Made by a program: the position numbers and the translations under genes. The notes below the pieces were generated by a model. It was not told where the DNA came from. It did no database searches and saw nothing but the letters and a program-made list of their open reading frames with translations. 64,000 nucleotides of DNA from Candidatus Omnitrophota bacterium (GTDB lineage Bacteria > Omnitrophota > Gorgyraeia > Gygaellales > Profunditerraquicolaceae), in assembly GCA_041308845.1 (NCBI GenBank), contig JBFZAT010000059.1, positions 3,378-67,377 of the forward strand. Direction: 5' to 3'. Positions 16,497 to 26,037 of the stretch are shown here, one piece after another (position 1 is the stretch's first letter; each line of letters starts with the position of its first letter).

Positions 16497-17339
16497 ATGC
16501 ATAAATTTATCCTATTGTTTCAATGCCAGGATCGTCAGGGTATCGTAGCTAAAATTTCCCAATTTATTTTTAAGATTGGTGGCAATATTATTACTGCTGA
16601 TCAGCATAGCACGAATCCGCAGGGAGGGTATTTTTTTATGCGGGTAGAGTTTGTTTTGGGAGACCAACAGTATAATCTTCAGAGCTTAATTTTGGCTTTT
16701 AAGCCGGTAGCTGATGAATTCCAAGCTAGCTGGAATTTATACGACCGGTCAGAGATTTTACGCATGGGAATTTTTGTTTCAGAGCCGGATCATTGCCTGG
16801 TGGATTTATTGTATTTATGGTCTGCTGGAGAGTTGAAGGTGAAGATTCCCTTTGTCCTGAGTAATTGCGAAAAACACCGTAAATTGGTAGCTGGATATGA
16901 TCTACCGTTTTATTACGTTCCGGCGGATAAAGATAACCGCCGGGAGCCGGAATTGCTGTCTTATGCTTGCGGGGCGACGGATTTTTTGGTGTTGGCCCGT
17001 TATATGCTGGTGCTTTCGCAGGATTTCTTACAAAAGTATAACCGCGACATTATCAATATTCACCACGGCTTTCTGCCTTCTTTTAAGGGGGCTGATCCTT
17101 ATGGCCAGGCACTTAAAAAAGGGGTTAAGGTTATCGGTTCTACCGCTCATTTTGTCAATAACCAGCTGGATGAAGGGCCGATTATCGCTCAAGAGGTCGA
17201 ATATGTATCGCATAAAGATAATGTTCAAGATTTAATCCGTAAAGGCAAAGATGCGGAAAAAAAAGCATTAGCGCAGGCCTTAGTTAGTTATATCGATTAT
17301 CGGATTATTAAGCATGAAAGTAAGACTATAGTTTTCTGA
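16497..17339 (+). CDS. purU: Formyltetrahydrofolate deformylase
   Basis: It has an N-terminal ACT domain plus a formyltransferase domain. Start is set at MHKF, which follows an AAAGGGGGG RBS; the listed ORF start is further upstream. Confidence 0.75.
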   Translation: MHKFILLFQCQDRQGIVAKISQFIFKIGGNIITADQHSTNPQGGYFFMRVEFVLGDQQYNLQSLILAFKPVADEFQASWNLYDRSEILRMGIFVSEPDHCLVDLLYLWSAGELKVKIPFVLSNCEKHRKLVAGYDLPFYYVPADKDNRREPELLSYACGATDFLVLARYMLVLSQDFLQKYNRDIINIHHGFLPSFKGADPYGQALKKGVKVIGSTAHFVNNQLDEGPIIAQEVEYVSHKDNVQDLIRKGKDAEKKALAQALVSYIDYRIIKHESKTIVF

Positions 17340-17377
17340 AATTTAATTTAACTTACGGATTAAAAAAGGAGGGGATT

Positions 17378-18823
17378 CTGGCTAAGAAAGTAGCGATCGT
17401 AGGAGCAGGGGTGGGTGGATTAGCTACCGCTGCCCGGTTAGCCAAGGATGGTTTTGCAGTGGAGGTGTTTGAAAAACTATCCGCATGCGGAGGACGTAAT
17501 AATCTGATTCTGGACCGGGGTTTTAAATTTGATACCGGTCCGTCTTTTGTACTGATGCCGGATTTCTTTGCTGAGGTTTTTAGCTATTGCGGCCGGGAAA
17601 TTAAAGATTACCTGGATTTACGGTTCTTGGATCCTAGTTATAAAATTTTTTATGCTGACCAGACAACTGTACTTAATGTTTGTCGGGATAGCCAGCAGAC
17701 TAAAGAAGAGTTGGAAAAAATCGAGCCCGGCAGTGCCAAACAATTTGATAAGTTTATCCGGGAAACCGCCCGGATCTATGCTCTGGTTAAACCGCTGCTT
17801 TATAAATGCGTAACTTTAAAAAACCTGGCTAATCCTTATTACTGGCCACTGGCTTTAAAGATCCGGGCTTTTGAATCATATTGGCACCTGGCGCGTAAGT
17901 ATTTTAAAAGCGAAAAACTCTGTTATGCTTTTACTTTTGAAGCCATGTTTATGGGGGTTTCTCCTTATCAGGCCCCGGCCTTTTATAGCGTGATTACTTA
18001 TACTGATCATGTACAGAAAGTCGCGCATCCGATGGGGGGGATGTATCAAATTCCCCTGGCTTTGGAAAAATTAGCTAAACAACTGGGGGTTAAATTCAAT
18101 TATAATTGCGCCGTAGAAAGCATCGAACAGAAAAATTCAAAAATTTTCCTTTCTTTGGCCCAGCAGCGCAGCGTTGCCGATTATGCCGTAGTCAACGCGG
18201 ATTACGCTTATGCCCAAACAAAGTTACTTAATCGCCGGATTCCCGATTTTAAGTATTCTTGCTCTACCTATTTAATTTACCTGGGGCTTAAAAAGAAACT
18301 TGATTCATTGGCTCACCACAATTTATTCTTTAGCCGCGATTTGGATAAAAATTTAGAGCAGATATTTAATGAAAAAACCATTCCCCTTGATCCATCTTTT
18401 TATATCCATCTGCCTACAGTTACCGATTTAAGCTTAGCCCCACCGGGTAAGGAGATATTGTATTTACTGATTCCGATTCCTAATCTGAAAAATGCTCATG
18501 ATCATCTGCAGGAGCATATCGGCCGGTTAAGGGAACTGATTTTTGCTAAAATCAATCAGGTTTGCGGATGTGACCTAGAGGAATTAATTGAGGTAGAGCA
18601 TCATTTTCTCCCAGAAGATTTTATTGACCGCTATAATATTAAATACGGAGCGACCTTTGGCCTGGCGCACAATCTAACCCAAAGCGCATTTTTCCGTCCG
18701 CCTAACCGGGATAGAAAAATTAAGAATTTATATTATGTCGGAGCCAGTACCCAGCCGGGAGGGGGGTTACCGGTGGTGATCGCCGGTTCACGGATTGTCG
18801 CTGAGATGATTAAACAGCACTGA
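17378..18823 (+). CDS. crtI: Phytoene desaturase family flavoprotein (CrtI/CrtN-like); the true start lies upstream of the listed GTG and has no canonical start codon
   Basis: The FAD motif AIVGAGVGGLATAARLA needs translation to start near 17375-17378 (ATT/CTG), after the RBS AAAGGAGGGG. The C-terminal motif YYVGASTQPGGGLPVV is typical of the CrtI family. Confidence 0.7.
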   Translation: MAKKVAIVGAGVGGLATAARLAKDGFAVEVFEKLSACGGRNNLILDRGFKFDTGPSFVLMPDFFAEVFSYCGREIKDYLDLRFLDPSYKIFYADQTTVLNVCRDSQQTKEELEKIEPGSAKQFDKFIRETARIYALVKPLLYKCVTLKNLANPYYWPLALKIRAFESYWHLARKYFKSEKLCYAFTFEAMFMGVSPYQAPAFYSVITYTDHVQKVAHPMGGMYQIPLALEKLAKQLGVKFNYNCAVESIEQKNSKIFLSLAQQRSVADYAVVNADYAYAQTKLLNRRIPDFKYSCSTYLIYLGLKKKLDSLAHHNLFFSRDLDKNLEQIFNEKTIPLDPSFYIHLPTVTDLSLAPPGKEILYLLIPIPNLKNAHDHLQEHIGRLRELIFAKINQVCGCDLEELIEVEHHFLPEDFIDRYNIKYGATFGLAHNLTQSAFFRPPNRDRKIKNLYYVGASTQPGGGLPVVIAGSRIVAEMIKQH

Positions 18824-19655
18824 TAACTTTGATTTTTGCGATTACCGCTTGAATACTTGATTCCGGGGTAGAAGCTCCGGCGGTAATTCCGATGTTGTCC
18901 GCATTATTCAGCCAACTTTTCTTAATTTCTTGGGCGCTATTTACCCAGTAACTATTTTTATTTAAGGCTTTGGATATTTCGTAAATACGTTTAGTATTGG
19001 CGCTGGTTTTTGATCCGATAATAATCATCACTGAATTTTTTAAGGGCATAGTTTTGACTTCATTTTGCTTTATCCGGGTAGGGTTACAGATAGTATTATG
19101 GAAGGCAATTTGGGGAATATATTTACGTAGTGATTTTACAATGGCTAGCACATTATCCAGGTTTTGAGTGGATTGTACGACAATTCCGGCCCGGGTAATG
19201 TTTTTTATTTTTTTCCAGGGTATATTCCTGGGCTGGTCGATTACTAGCGCTTTGGAGCGGAGTTGTCCGATTATCCCCCGTACTTCATCATGATCTTGGT
19301 CTCCGATGATGATTATGCGGTAGCCGTCAGTTTCTAACCGGTGAGCGAGCTTGTGTATTTCTTTGACCATCGGGCAAGTAGCATCCACGATGCGGTAGCC
19401 TAATTTTAAAGCTCGTTGCAGAGTTTTTTGGCTTGATCCGTGCGCTCGGATGAGCAGGGTTTTATTCCGGCCAGCTGAAAGCCGAGTGATTTTTTTAACC
19501 CCGGCGGTGCGGATTTGTTTGACCACCGTTTCATTATGCACAATATCTCCCAGCATATAGACGGGTTTCTGAGTGTGAGCGGTTTTTAAGGCGGTATTGA
19601 TAGCTTGCCTTACCCCAAAACAGAAACCTGCAGATTTTGCTAAATTAATCTTCAT
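18810..19655 (-). CDS. ispH: 4-hydroxy-3-methylbut-2-enyl diphosphate reductase
   Basis: Its N-terminus, AGFCFGVRQAINTA...GDIVHNETV, is characteristic of LytB/IspH. Confidence 0.8.
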   Translation of the reverse strand: MKINLAKSAGFCFGVRQAINTALKTAHTQKPVYMLGDIVHNETVVKQIRTAGVKKITRLSAGRNKTLLIRAHGSSQKTLQRALKLGYRIVDATCPMVKEIHKLAHRLETDGYRIIIIGDQDHDEVRGIIGQLRSKALVIDQPRNIPWKKIKNITRAGIVVQSTQNLDNVLAIVKSLRKYIPQIAFHNTICNPTRIKQNEVKTMPLKNSVMIIIGSKTSANTKRIYEISKALNKNSYWVNSAQEIKKSWLNNADNIGITAGASTPESSIQAVIAKIKVISAV

Positions 19656-20515
19656 AAATACTTCCTTTCCCAGAGAATTCTGAGGATCATCCTGATTTTT
19701 TTGATCGTATTCACTTGAGCACGCTTAGTGAAAACATTATAGTTGTTATCCCGGATTGCATCTAATATCCCCTGATAAACTTCGTGCATTACTAAGGCTA
19801 CTAATCTGGCGCAGCGATTACCGATTAACTTGATCCCGGGTAGGCTTTCGGCATACAACTTATGGCAGCGCTGGATTTGGAAACGCATGAGATTTTTGAA
19901 CGCTTCGTTATTCTGAGCCAGGGCTAGCTGTTTTTCATTCACTGCGAAGGCCAGGAGTTCATCTTGCGGAAGATAGATTCTATTGCGTAGTAAATCTTCG
20001 TTGATGTCGCGTAAGATGTTAGTCAGCTGCATGGCTACACCAAGTTTTACCGCGTAGGGCTGGGCAGCTTGGTTTTGGCAGCCGAAGATTTTTAGCATAA
20101 TTAAGCCGACTACCCCGGCGGCCCGGTAGCAGTATTCATAAAGCTCCGGAAAGCTTGCGTAGCGTTTTGATTCCAGATCCATGCGCATCCCCTGGATCAG
20201 CGTATCAAAATATTCTTTAGGTATTCGATAAGTAGTGACCGTATGTTTAAAAGCGGCCAATAGCGGCCGGGTAAGTACTTTTTGCGTGTAAACTTCATGG
20301 ATGTTTTGTTCTAGTTTTTGCAGGCTTTGCGCCGGGTGAGCAGCGGTTAGATTATCGACGGCTTCATCGCTTAAACGGCAGAGCGCATAAACTGCATAGC
20401 TGGCATTTTTTTTGCCCGGAGGCAGAAAAAGAGAGGCTAAATAAAAGCTTTTAGCGAATTGTTTAGTAATTTTTTTAGCTTGGCGGAACCCCGCTTTTAA
20501 TGGCGATTGATTCAT
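19652..20515 (-). CDS. crtB: Phytoene/squalene synthase family (head-to-head prenyl-diphosphate synthase)
   Basis: It carries the YAVYALCRLSDEAVD, YCYRAAGVVGLIM and QLTNILRDINEDL motifs. Confidence 0.75.
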   Translation of the reverse strand: MNQSPLKAGFRQAKKITKQFAKSFYLASLFLPPGKKNASYAVYALCRLSDEAVDNLTAAHPAQSLQKLEQNIHEVYTQKVLTRPLLAAFKHTVTTYRIPKEYFDTLIQGMRMDLESKRYASFPELYEYCYRAAGVVGLIMLKIFGCQNQAAQPYAVKLGVAMQLTNILRDINEDLLRNRIYLPQDELLAFAVNEKQLALAQNNEAFKNLMRFQIQRCHKLYAESLPGIKLIGNRCARLVALVMHEVYQGILDAIRDNNYNVFTKRAQVNTIKKIRMILRILWERKYL

Positions 20516-20658
20516 ATGAGCATTTTACCTTTAAATATGGTAAATGCCAAGTGTCTTATGGTTCTTTCCAGTTGTAATTTTTTATGGAAATTAGCTAGCG
20601 TAAAGTTACCGGATTAATAATTATTGAAAAAAGGTCAGCTCGGTAATAGAATAAAGCC

Positions 20659-20967
20659 ATGTCTAAATATATGGTAGTTTTAATTTTATCCGGATTTATA
20701 CCGTTGTTATGCAGTTTTTATCCGCCGCTTAAGTTTTGGCGTAAATTTAAGGCCTTAATTCTTACTTTAGGCATACTCCTGGTTATTTTCGGCTCCTGGG
20801 ATGTTTTTGCGGTTTGGCGCGGCCATTGGTATTTTGATCCCGCCGGAATCATCGGCGTAGAAATAATTAATTTACCGATTGAAGAATGGCTATTTTTTTT
20901 AATCATACCTTTTTGTTGTATTTTTACCTGGGAGGCATTAAATTTTATTCGGGGAAAACTTAAATGA
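20659..20967 (+). CDS. Lycopene cyclase domain protein (heterodimeric-type half, CrtYc-like)
   Basis: It is a ~100-aa three-TM protein with a PIEEW (PxE(E/D)) motif and is paired with a second half gene. Confidence 0.5.
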   Translation: MSKYMVVLILSGFIPLLCSFYPPLKFWRKFKALILTLGILLVIFGSWDVFAVWRGHWYFDPAGIIGVEIINLPIEEWLFFLIIPFCCIFTWEALNFIRGKLK

Positions 20968-21260
20968 AAGAATATACTTTGATCGCCGTCTTCTGGGCGG
21001 CGCTGACCCTCTGCATTGACCGTTGGACCGGGGCCAACATTTTAAGAAAAAAAATATTTTATTTTTTTTTGGCACTGATCCTGGGTTTTAAATTCCTGGT
21101 AAACGGCTATCTTACCCAGAGCAAGATTGTTGTATACAATCCGGAATTTTTTTTAGGTATCAGATTAGGCAGTATTCCGCTTGAAGATTTTTTATTTGGT
21201 TTTAGCATGGTTAGTTTAGGAATTATTTTTTGGGAATTTTTCAAAAAGCCGCACCACTAA
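20964..21260 (+). CDS. Lycopene cyclase domain protein (second half, CrtYd-like)
   Basis: It is a ~98-aa membrane protein with a PLEDF motif, translationally coupled to the preceding half. Confidence 0.5.
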   Translation: MKEYTLIAVFWAALTLCIDRWTGANILRKKIFYFFLALILGFKFLVNGYLTQSKIVVYNPEFFLGIRLGSIPLEDFLFGFSMVSLGIIFWEFFKKPHH

Positions 21261-22141
21261 TGGCTAAAACAACTATCCTATTGATTTTAGCCGTATTTAA
21301 TTTCCTGAACCCGCTCTATGCTTTAGATTACAAAGATTTGCATAACCGGGCTATTCAGCTCACCTTAAATGCAGCGCAGAATGAAGTAATTAAACAACCC
21401 GATGTTTATAATCAGTATCTTTTAGCTTTAGTTTATCTTAATTCGCATCAGGATCAGGCTGCCGGAGAGATTTTTAGCCAATTGTTGAGAGCTGATCCGG
21501 ATTTTATTCCGGCCCGTTGGGGCCAGGCTGAAGTTTTACGGCGCCGTCATGCTACTGCTCAGGCGGAGCACTTGTTAAATCAGGTGCTTGCAGTTGATCC
21601 GCGATTTGCACCGGCGTTAATCAGTCTGGCTTATTTAAAATACTTCCAACAGGATTTTAAGGGGTCGATTCATCTGGCGCGTAGAGTTATCGCGCAGGGG
21701 CTTGATGCGGTGGATCTGAATAATTTTGCGCAGGCATATTCGATGTATGCCGGGGCCAAGGGCATGTTGGCTCACTACGGAGGGGTTTTATCTAAAGCGG
21801 TCGACGGTTTAGCGGTTAAGGTCAATCTAGATAAAGCTTATAAGCTGCAACCCAACTCTGCGGCGGTTTTATTTGGCCTAGGAAGTTTTTATTTACTGGC
21901 TCCGGTAATTGCCGGGGGAGATAAGCTTAAGGCTCAAGATTTTCTCACCCGGGCAATCCAGGCGGATCCTTATTTTGCCGATGTGTATGTACGCCTGGGG
22001 CAGTTAGCTCAAGCCAATGGCGATCTGAAGCAATACGATTTTTATCTGCAAAAGGCTTTAACCATTGATCCTCAAAACCAGTTAGCTCAGGATGTTTTGA
22101 GCCGGCGTTGTAATTTTATCTGTTTGGACACACTTGATTAA
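21230..22141 (+). CDS. Secreted TPR-repeat protein
   Basis: It has a signal peptide and multiple TPR-like A/L/Y-rich repeats. Confidence 0.5.
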   Translation: MGIFQKAAPLMAKTTILLILAVFNFLNPLYALDYKDLHNRAIQLTLNAAQNEVIKQPDVYNQYLLALVYLNSHQDQAAGEIFSQLLRADPDFIPARWGQAEVLRRRHATAQAEHLLNQVLAVDPRFAPALISLAYLKYFQQDFKGSIHLARRVIAQGLDAVDLNNFAQAYSMYAGAKGMLAHYGGVLSKAVDGLAVKVNLDKAYKLQPNSAAVLFGLGSFYLLAPVIAGGDKLKAQDFLTRAIQADPYFADVYVRLGQLAQANGDLKQYDFYLQKALTIDPQNQLAQDVLSRRCNFICLDTLD

Positions 22142-23182
22142 TTAAATGCTGAGGGTTTTCAGAGTAAATTCATCTAGGGCTTGAAAGTATTCTGTGCGTA
22201 TCTTTAAGCCCCGGATTTTATCCGTTGCCTGATTGTAGAGGCAGGTGATCTGTCTTTGAGCGTAAGCTAAAGCTCCGCTGGCGGTAATGATCGAACGTAT
22301 TCTAAGCAATTCGCTGTCTTTAGCCGTTTTATTTTCCATGATTTGCTGAATTATTAGGCGGTCGGCTTTAGCGGAGTGGTTAAAAGCATACCAGATAAGC
22401 AGGGTTCTTTTGGCTTCTTTAATATCCGTGAGATTGGATTTACCGGTTTCTTTAATTGTCCCGAAAGTTCCGATAATATCATCTTTGATCTGAAAGGCCC
22501 TACCTAGCAGCAAGCCATAATCATGTAATTTTTTGATTTGACCGGCGCTGGCCCCTGCCAGAGTAGCCCCCATGGTTAGCGGAGAAGCGAAGGTATAATT
22601 GGCAGTTTTGTAATCATAAATTTTATAAATATCCTCCCGGGAAACGCAAGCGATAGGTTTAGTCCCCAGCAATAACTCGATAAATTCTCCACTGCCGGTG
22701 TATAAAGCTGCCAAGAATAATTTTTTTAAGGCCGCTTCTTTGCGGCTGGGATCCTCCTGGATAGCCAAGAAAGCATCAAGGGCCATCGCGTACATGACGT
22801 CGCCGACTACGATGGCTAAATCTTCCCCGTTGAATTTAAGTTTATTATTTCTTCCTAAGGCATTGTTAAGTAAAGTATGCATCGCCGGTTTACCGCGCCG
22901 CTGTTGGCTTTTATCAATGATATCATCATGCACCAGCATGAAGTCGTGCAGCAGTTCTAAAGATAAAGCGCTGCGGTAAAGGCCCGGGGCTGTTTTTTTA
23001 GTAAAACCCAGATAACCGATACAGAATAATATCGGCCGGATCCTTTTACCGTCCCGGCTGATAAATTCCTTAATATTCTTAAAAAGTAAAGGAGAGAGCT
23101 GGTTGAGGGAGTATAATTTATTAATTGAGCTAAGATAGAGGTCTAGCTGGCGCTCGATTTTATTTTTTATTTCCAAAAACAT
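22142..23182 (-). CDS. Polyprenyl diphosphate synthase (GGPP/FPP synthase family)
   Basis: The first Asp-rich motif is LHDFMLVHDDIID and the second is FQIKDDIIG. Confidence 0.7.
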   Translation of the reverse strand: MFLEIKNKIERQLDLYLSSINKLYSLNQLSPLLFKNIKEFISRDGKRIRPILFCIGYLGFTKKTAPGLYRSALSLELLHDFMLVHDDIIDKSQQRRGKPAMHTLLNNALGRNNKLKFNGEDLAIVVGDVMYAMALDAFLAIQEDPSRKEAALKKLFLAALYTGSGEFIELLLGTKPIACVSREDIYKIYDYKTANYTFASPLTMGATLAGASAGQIKKLHDYGLLLGRAFQIKDDIIGTFGTIKETGKSNLTDIKEAKRTLLIWYAFNHSAKADRLIIQQIMENKTAKDSELLRIRSIITASGALAYAQRQITCLYNQATDKIRGLKIRTEYFQALDEFTLKTLSI

Positions 23183-23236
23183 ATTTTATGTTAACATATA
23201 AATAGCAATTATGCAATTAATTTGGATAAATAAACG

Positions 23237-24361
23237 ATGAAAAAAATCATTATTATCGGCGCTGGTTTCGCGGGTTTAAGCTGTGCTAGAAGATTGTCCG
23301 GCTGTAGCTTAGATCTGGAAGTCATTTTATTAGATAGTAAGGGGGAATTTAATTTTTTACCCCTGCTGCCGGATTGTCTGGGCCGGGGGATTAATCCGGC
23401 CTGGCTGGCCAAGAAAGTCAGCGAACTTTGCCGCGGCCGAAAAATCTGTTTTATTCAGCAGAAGGTTAACCGGCTAGATTTAGATTCCGGACAGCTAAGT
23501 ACTGATCTGGCGGACTATACTTATGATTATTTAGTGATTGCCAGCGGCAGCCAAACGAATTTTTTTTCTAATGCCCAGGCAGCCGCCTATGGTTATCCGT
23601 TAAATAATCTCAAAGATTTAGCGGTGATTAAGCGTTCTGTAGAAGAAAATAAATTTGATAATTTGGTCATCTGTGGGGCCGGGTACACCGGAGTGGAGGC
23701 AGCGACTAACCTTAAGCGTTATTTTAAAAACCGGGGGATCTCTAAAAAAATTATCCTGGTTGAACGGGCGCCGGCGATCCTGGGAGCGTTGCCGGATTGG
23801 ATGAGGGAGTATGTGGCTGGAAACTTAAAAGTTATGGGGATTGAGGTTTTGACCAATACCGTGATTGAAAAAATTTATCCGGATAGAATTTCGCTCTCTG
23901 GTAACCGGGAACTCCTCAACTGCCTGTTAATCTGGGTGCCGGGGGTCAGCACCGCCGATTTTATTCAAAAGCTTAATCTGCCTAAAAACCCGCAAGGCCG
24001 CCTAGTCGTAGATAAATACTTAAGGATCAGGAATAATTGTTTCTGCGCTGGCGATGCCGCTTTCTTTAGCTTTAACAATAACACTCTAAGGATGGCGGTT
24101 CAGTTTGCGCTGACCCAGGGTGAACAGGTGGCCAGAAATATAATCGCAAGCATAAAGCGAACTCAGCTTAAGGTTTACCGGCCTGTGGATTTAGGCTATA
24201 TTATTCCTCTGGCGAATAATCATTCTTGCGGCCGGGTCCTTGGTTTAAATATTTCTGGTCCGCTGGCTACTTTTTTACATTTCAGTATGTGCATTTTTCG
24301 GACTCCGGGATTAAAAAATAAACTCGGGATTATCAACCATTTAATCAAAGGAGGTAAATGA
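23237..24361 (+). CDS. FAD/NAD(P)-binding oxidoreductase, NDH-2-like
   Basis: It has two Rossmann motifs, IIIIGAGFAGL and VICGAGYTGVEAA, plus FLPLLP. Confidence 0.5.
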   Translation: MKKIIIIGAGFAGLSCARRLSGCSLDLEVILLDSKGEFNFLPLLPDCLGRGINPAWLAKKVSELCRGRKICFIQQKVNRLDLDSGQLSTDLADYTYDYLVIASGSQTNFFSNAQAAAYGYPLNNLKDLAVIKRSVEENKFDNLVICGAGYTGVEAATNLKRYFKNRGISKKIILVERAPAILGALPDWMREYVAGNLKVMGIEVLTNTVIEKIYPDRISLSGNRELLNCLLIWVPGVSTADFIQKLNLPKNPQGRLVVDKYLRIRNNCFCAGDAAFFSFNNNTLRMAVQFALTQGEQVARNIIASIKRTQLKVYRPVDLGYIIPLANNHSCGRVLGLNISGPLATFLHFSMCIFRTPGLKNKLGIINHLIKGGK

Positions 24362-24756
24362 TGTTAGACTGGGGGATTTTAGTTTTACGTTTAGGTATCG
24401 GTATTATGTTTAGCGCGCACGGTTTACAAAAAGTTTTTGGTCTTTTCGGCGGATCGGGGATCAGTGGGTTCTCCCAAATGCTTTCCGGGATGGGGTTTAC
24501 TCCACCGATTTTTTGGGCTTATCTGGCCGCTTATATTGAATTATTAGGGGGAGTATCCTTGATTATCGGATTATTTAGCCGGTTTTCCGCAGGTATGCTT
24601 TTGGCGGTTATTCTTACTGCCGGGATCAAGGTGCATCTGATTAACGGGTTCTTTTTATCAGCCGGAGGCTTTGAATATACTTTTGTAATTGCCTCTGCCT
24701 GTTTAGCTTTAGTTTTATTGGGTTCCGGTAAATACAGCATTTTTAGTTTAATGTAA
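24358..24756 (+). CDS. DoxX family membrane protein
   Basis: It is a ~130-aa four-TM protein with a DoxX-like N-terminus LRLGIGIMFSAHGLQKVFG. Confidence 0.5.
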   Translation: MMLDWGILVLRLGIGIMFSAHGLQKVFGLFGGSGISGFSQMLSGMGFTPPIFWAYLAAYIELLGGVSLIIGLFSRFSAGMLLAVILTAGIKVHLINGFFLSAGGFEYTFVIASACLALVLLGSGKYSIFSLM

Positions 24757-24807
24757 GTTCGATCTTGGTTGAAGATTAAGTTGATCGCCGTTATTAAGAT
24801 GTTATAG

Positions 24808-26037
24808 TTGTTACCACATCTTTTTCGCTGGCCGGTTACGGTTTTGATGATAAAAGACATAATTCTGAGGTGTGAAATTAAACGTTATCTAGGGGCTCTA
24901 ATATTTTTGTTTTTACTATTACCCGGGCAACTGCCAGCTGTTCAGCAGGAGGCTTTGGATAAATTGGTTATTTTTTATTCACCCGGCTGTCATTATTGTA
25001 TCCAAATCAAGCAGAAAATTATGCCGGAGATTGAGCAGGAATTTAAGGGTAAAATTAATTTTGAATATCGGGATATTAGTCAGCTTGAAGATTATAAGCT
25101 GCTGTTGGGATTGTTACCGGACAACTCGAAATTCGAAATACCTCTTTTTTATTTTAAAGGCGAGTTTATTACTCCTGGGAAGGTGCAGGCCCGGTTAGAG
25201 CTGCGCAGTTTTATTTATTCCGGCATAAATAATAAGTTCGCTGGCCAGGGTTTCCGGCCGGTAGATTTGGTGTCGCATTTTAAGAATTTTATTCCGGCGG
25301 CGATTATTTTTGCTGGGTTAAGTGACGGAGTTAATCCTTGCGCTTTTACGGTGATAGTTTTTTTTATCTCTTTTTTAGCTTTGCAGGGGTATCGTAAAAG
25401 AGAGCTTATTTTAATCGGATTAGGTTTTATTCTTGCGGTTTTTTTGACTTATTTAGGGTTAGGTTTAGGAGTTTTTAATTTCTTTTATCGTTTCTCGGGT
25501 TTCTGGGCGGTAGCGCGTTTATTTAATCTGACGTTGGGAGTTTTAAGTATTGTGTTTGGCGTTCTGGCGGTTTATGATTTTATAAAATTTAAACAAACTG
25601 CTTCTACTGAAGGATTAATTTTACAGCTCCCCAAACCGGTTAAGGAGCGCATCCATCAGGTGGTCGGATTTTTTTACCGCAGAAGCCTTCAGGAAAAAAA
25701 GGAAAAATTTAAACCGGCACTCGGCAAACTTTTAGCGAGTGCTTTGCTTACTGGTTTCTTAGTTTCACTCTTAGAAGCAGTTTGTACCGGACAAGTGTAT
25801 TTACCGACGCTGTCTTTTATCCTTAAATCTACCGAATTTAAATTGGCTGCGCTGGGCTATCTTTTATTATATAATTTTATGTTTATTGTGCCTTTAATCG
25901 TGATTTTTGTCTTAGCGCTTTTAGGCACTAGCAGCCAGCAGTTTTCCGGTTTTTTAAAGAAATACCTGGGATTAATTAAGATAATGATGGCAATTTTATT
26001 TTTTAGCTTGGGAGTTTATCTGCTTTGGAGGGGTTAA
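24808..26037 (+). CDS. Thioredoxin-like domain (CHYC) fused to a DsbD/CcdA-like thiol-disulfide membrane domain
   Basis: The N-terminal domain has a CxxC motif (SPGCHYC). The membrane domain has conserved Cys in two TM helices (GVNPCAF, EAVCTGQ). Confidence 0.4.
   Translation: MLPHLFRWPVTVLMIKDIILRCEIKRYLGALIFLFLLLPGQLPAVQQEALDKLVIFYSPGCHYCIQIKQKIMPEIEQEFKGKINFEYRDISQLEDYKLLLGLLPDNSKFEIPLFYFKGEFITPGKVQARLELRSFIYSGINNKFAGQGFRPVDLVSHFKNFIPAAIIFAGLSDGVNPCAFTVIVFFISFLALQGYRKRELILIGLGFILAVFLTYLGLGLGVFNFFYRFSGFWAVARLFNLTLGVLSIVFGVLAVYDFIKFKQTASTEGLILQLPKPVKERIHQVVGFFYRRSLQEKKEKFKPALGKLLASALLTGFLVSLLEAVCTGQVYLPTLSFILKSTEFKLAALGYLLLYNFMFIVPLIVIFVLALLGTSSQQFSGFLKKYLGLIKIMMAILFFSLGVYLLWRG

Noticed and set aside
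16897-17235. A 112-aa plus-strand ORF in an alternative frame within purU, and a 66-aa minus ORF at 17028-17228
   Set aside because: They overlap the conserved formyltransferase domain of purU in other frames, and their translations are Cys/Trp/Arg-rich nonsense.
22698-22979. A 93-aa plus-strand ORF within the polyprenyl synthase gene
   Set aside because: It is antisense to the Asp-rich-motif region of a well-supported minus-strand gene and is Ser/Leu-rich, so it is a shadow ORF.
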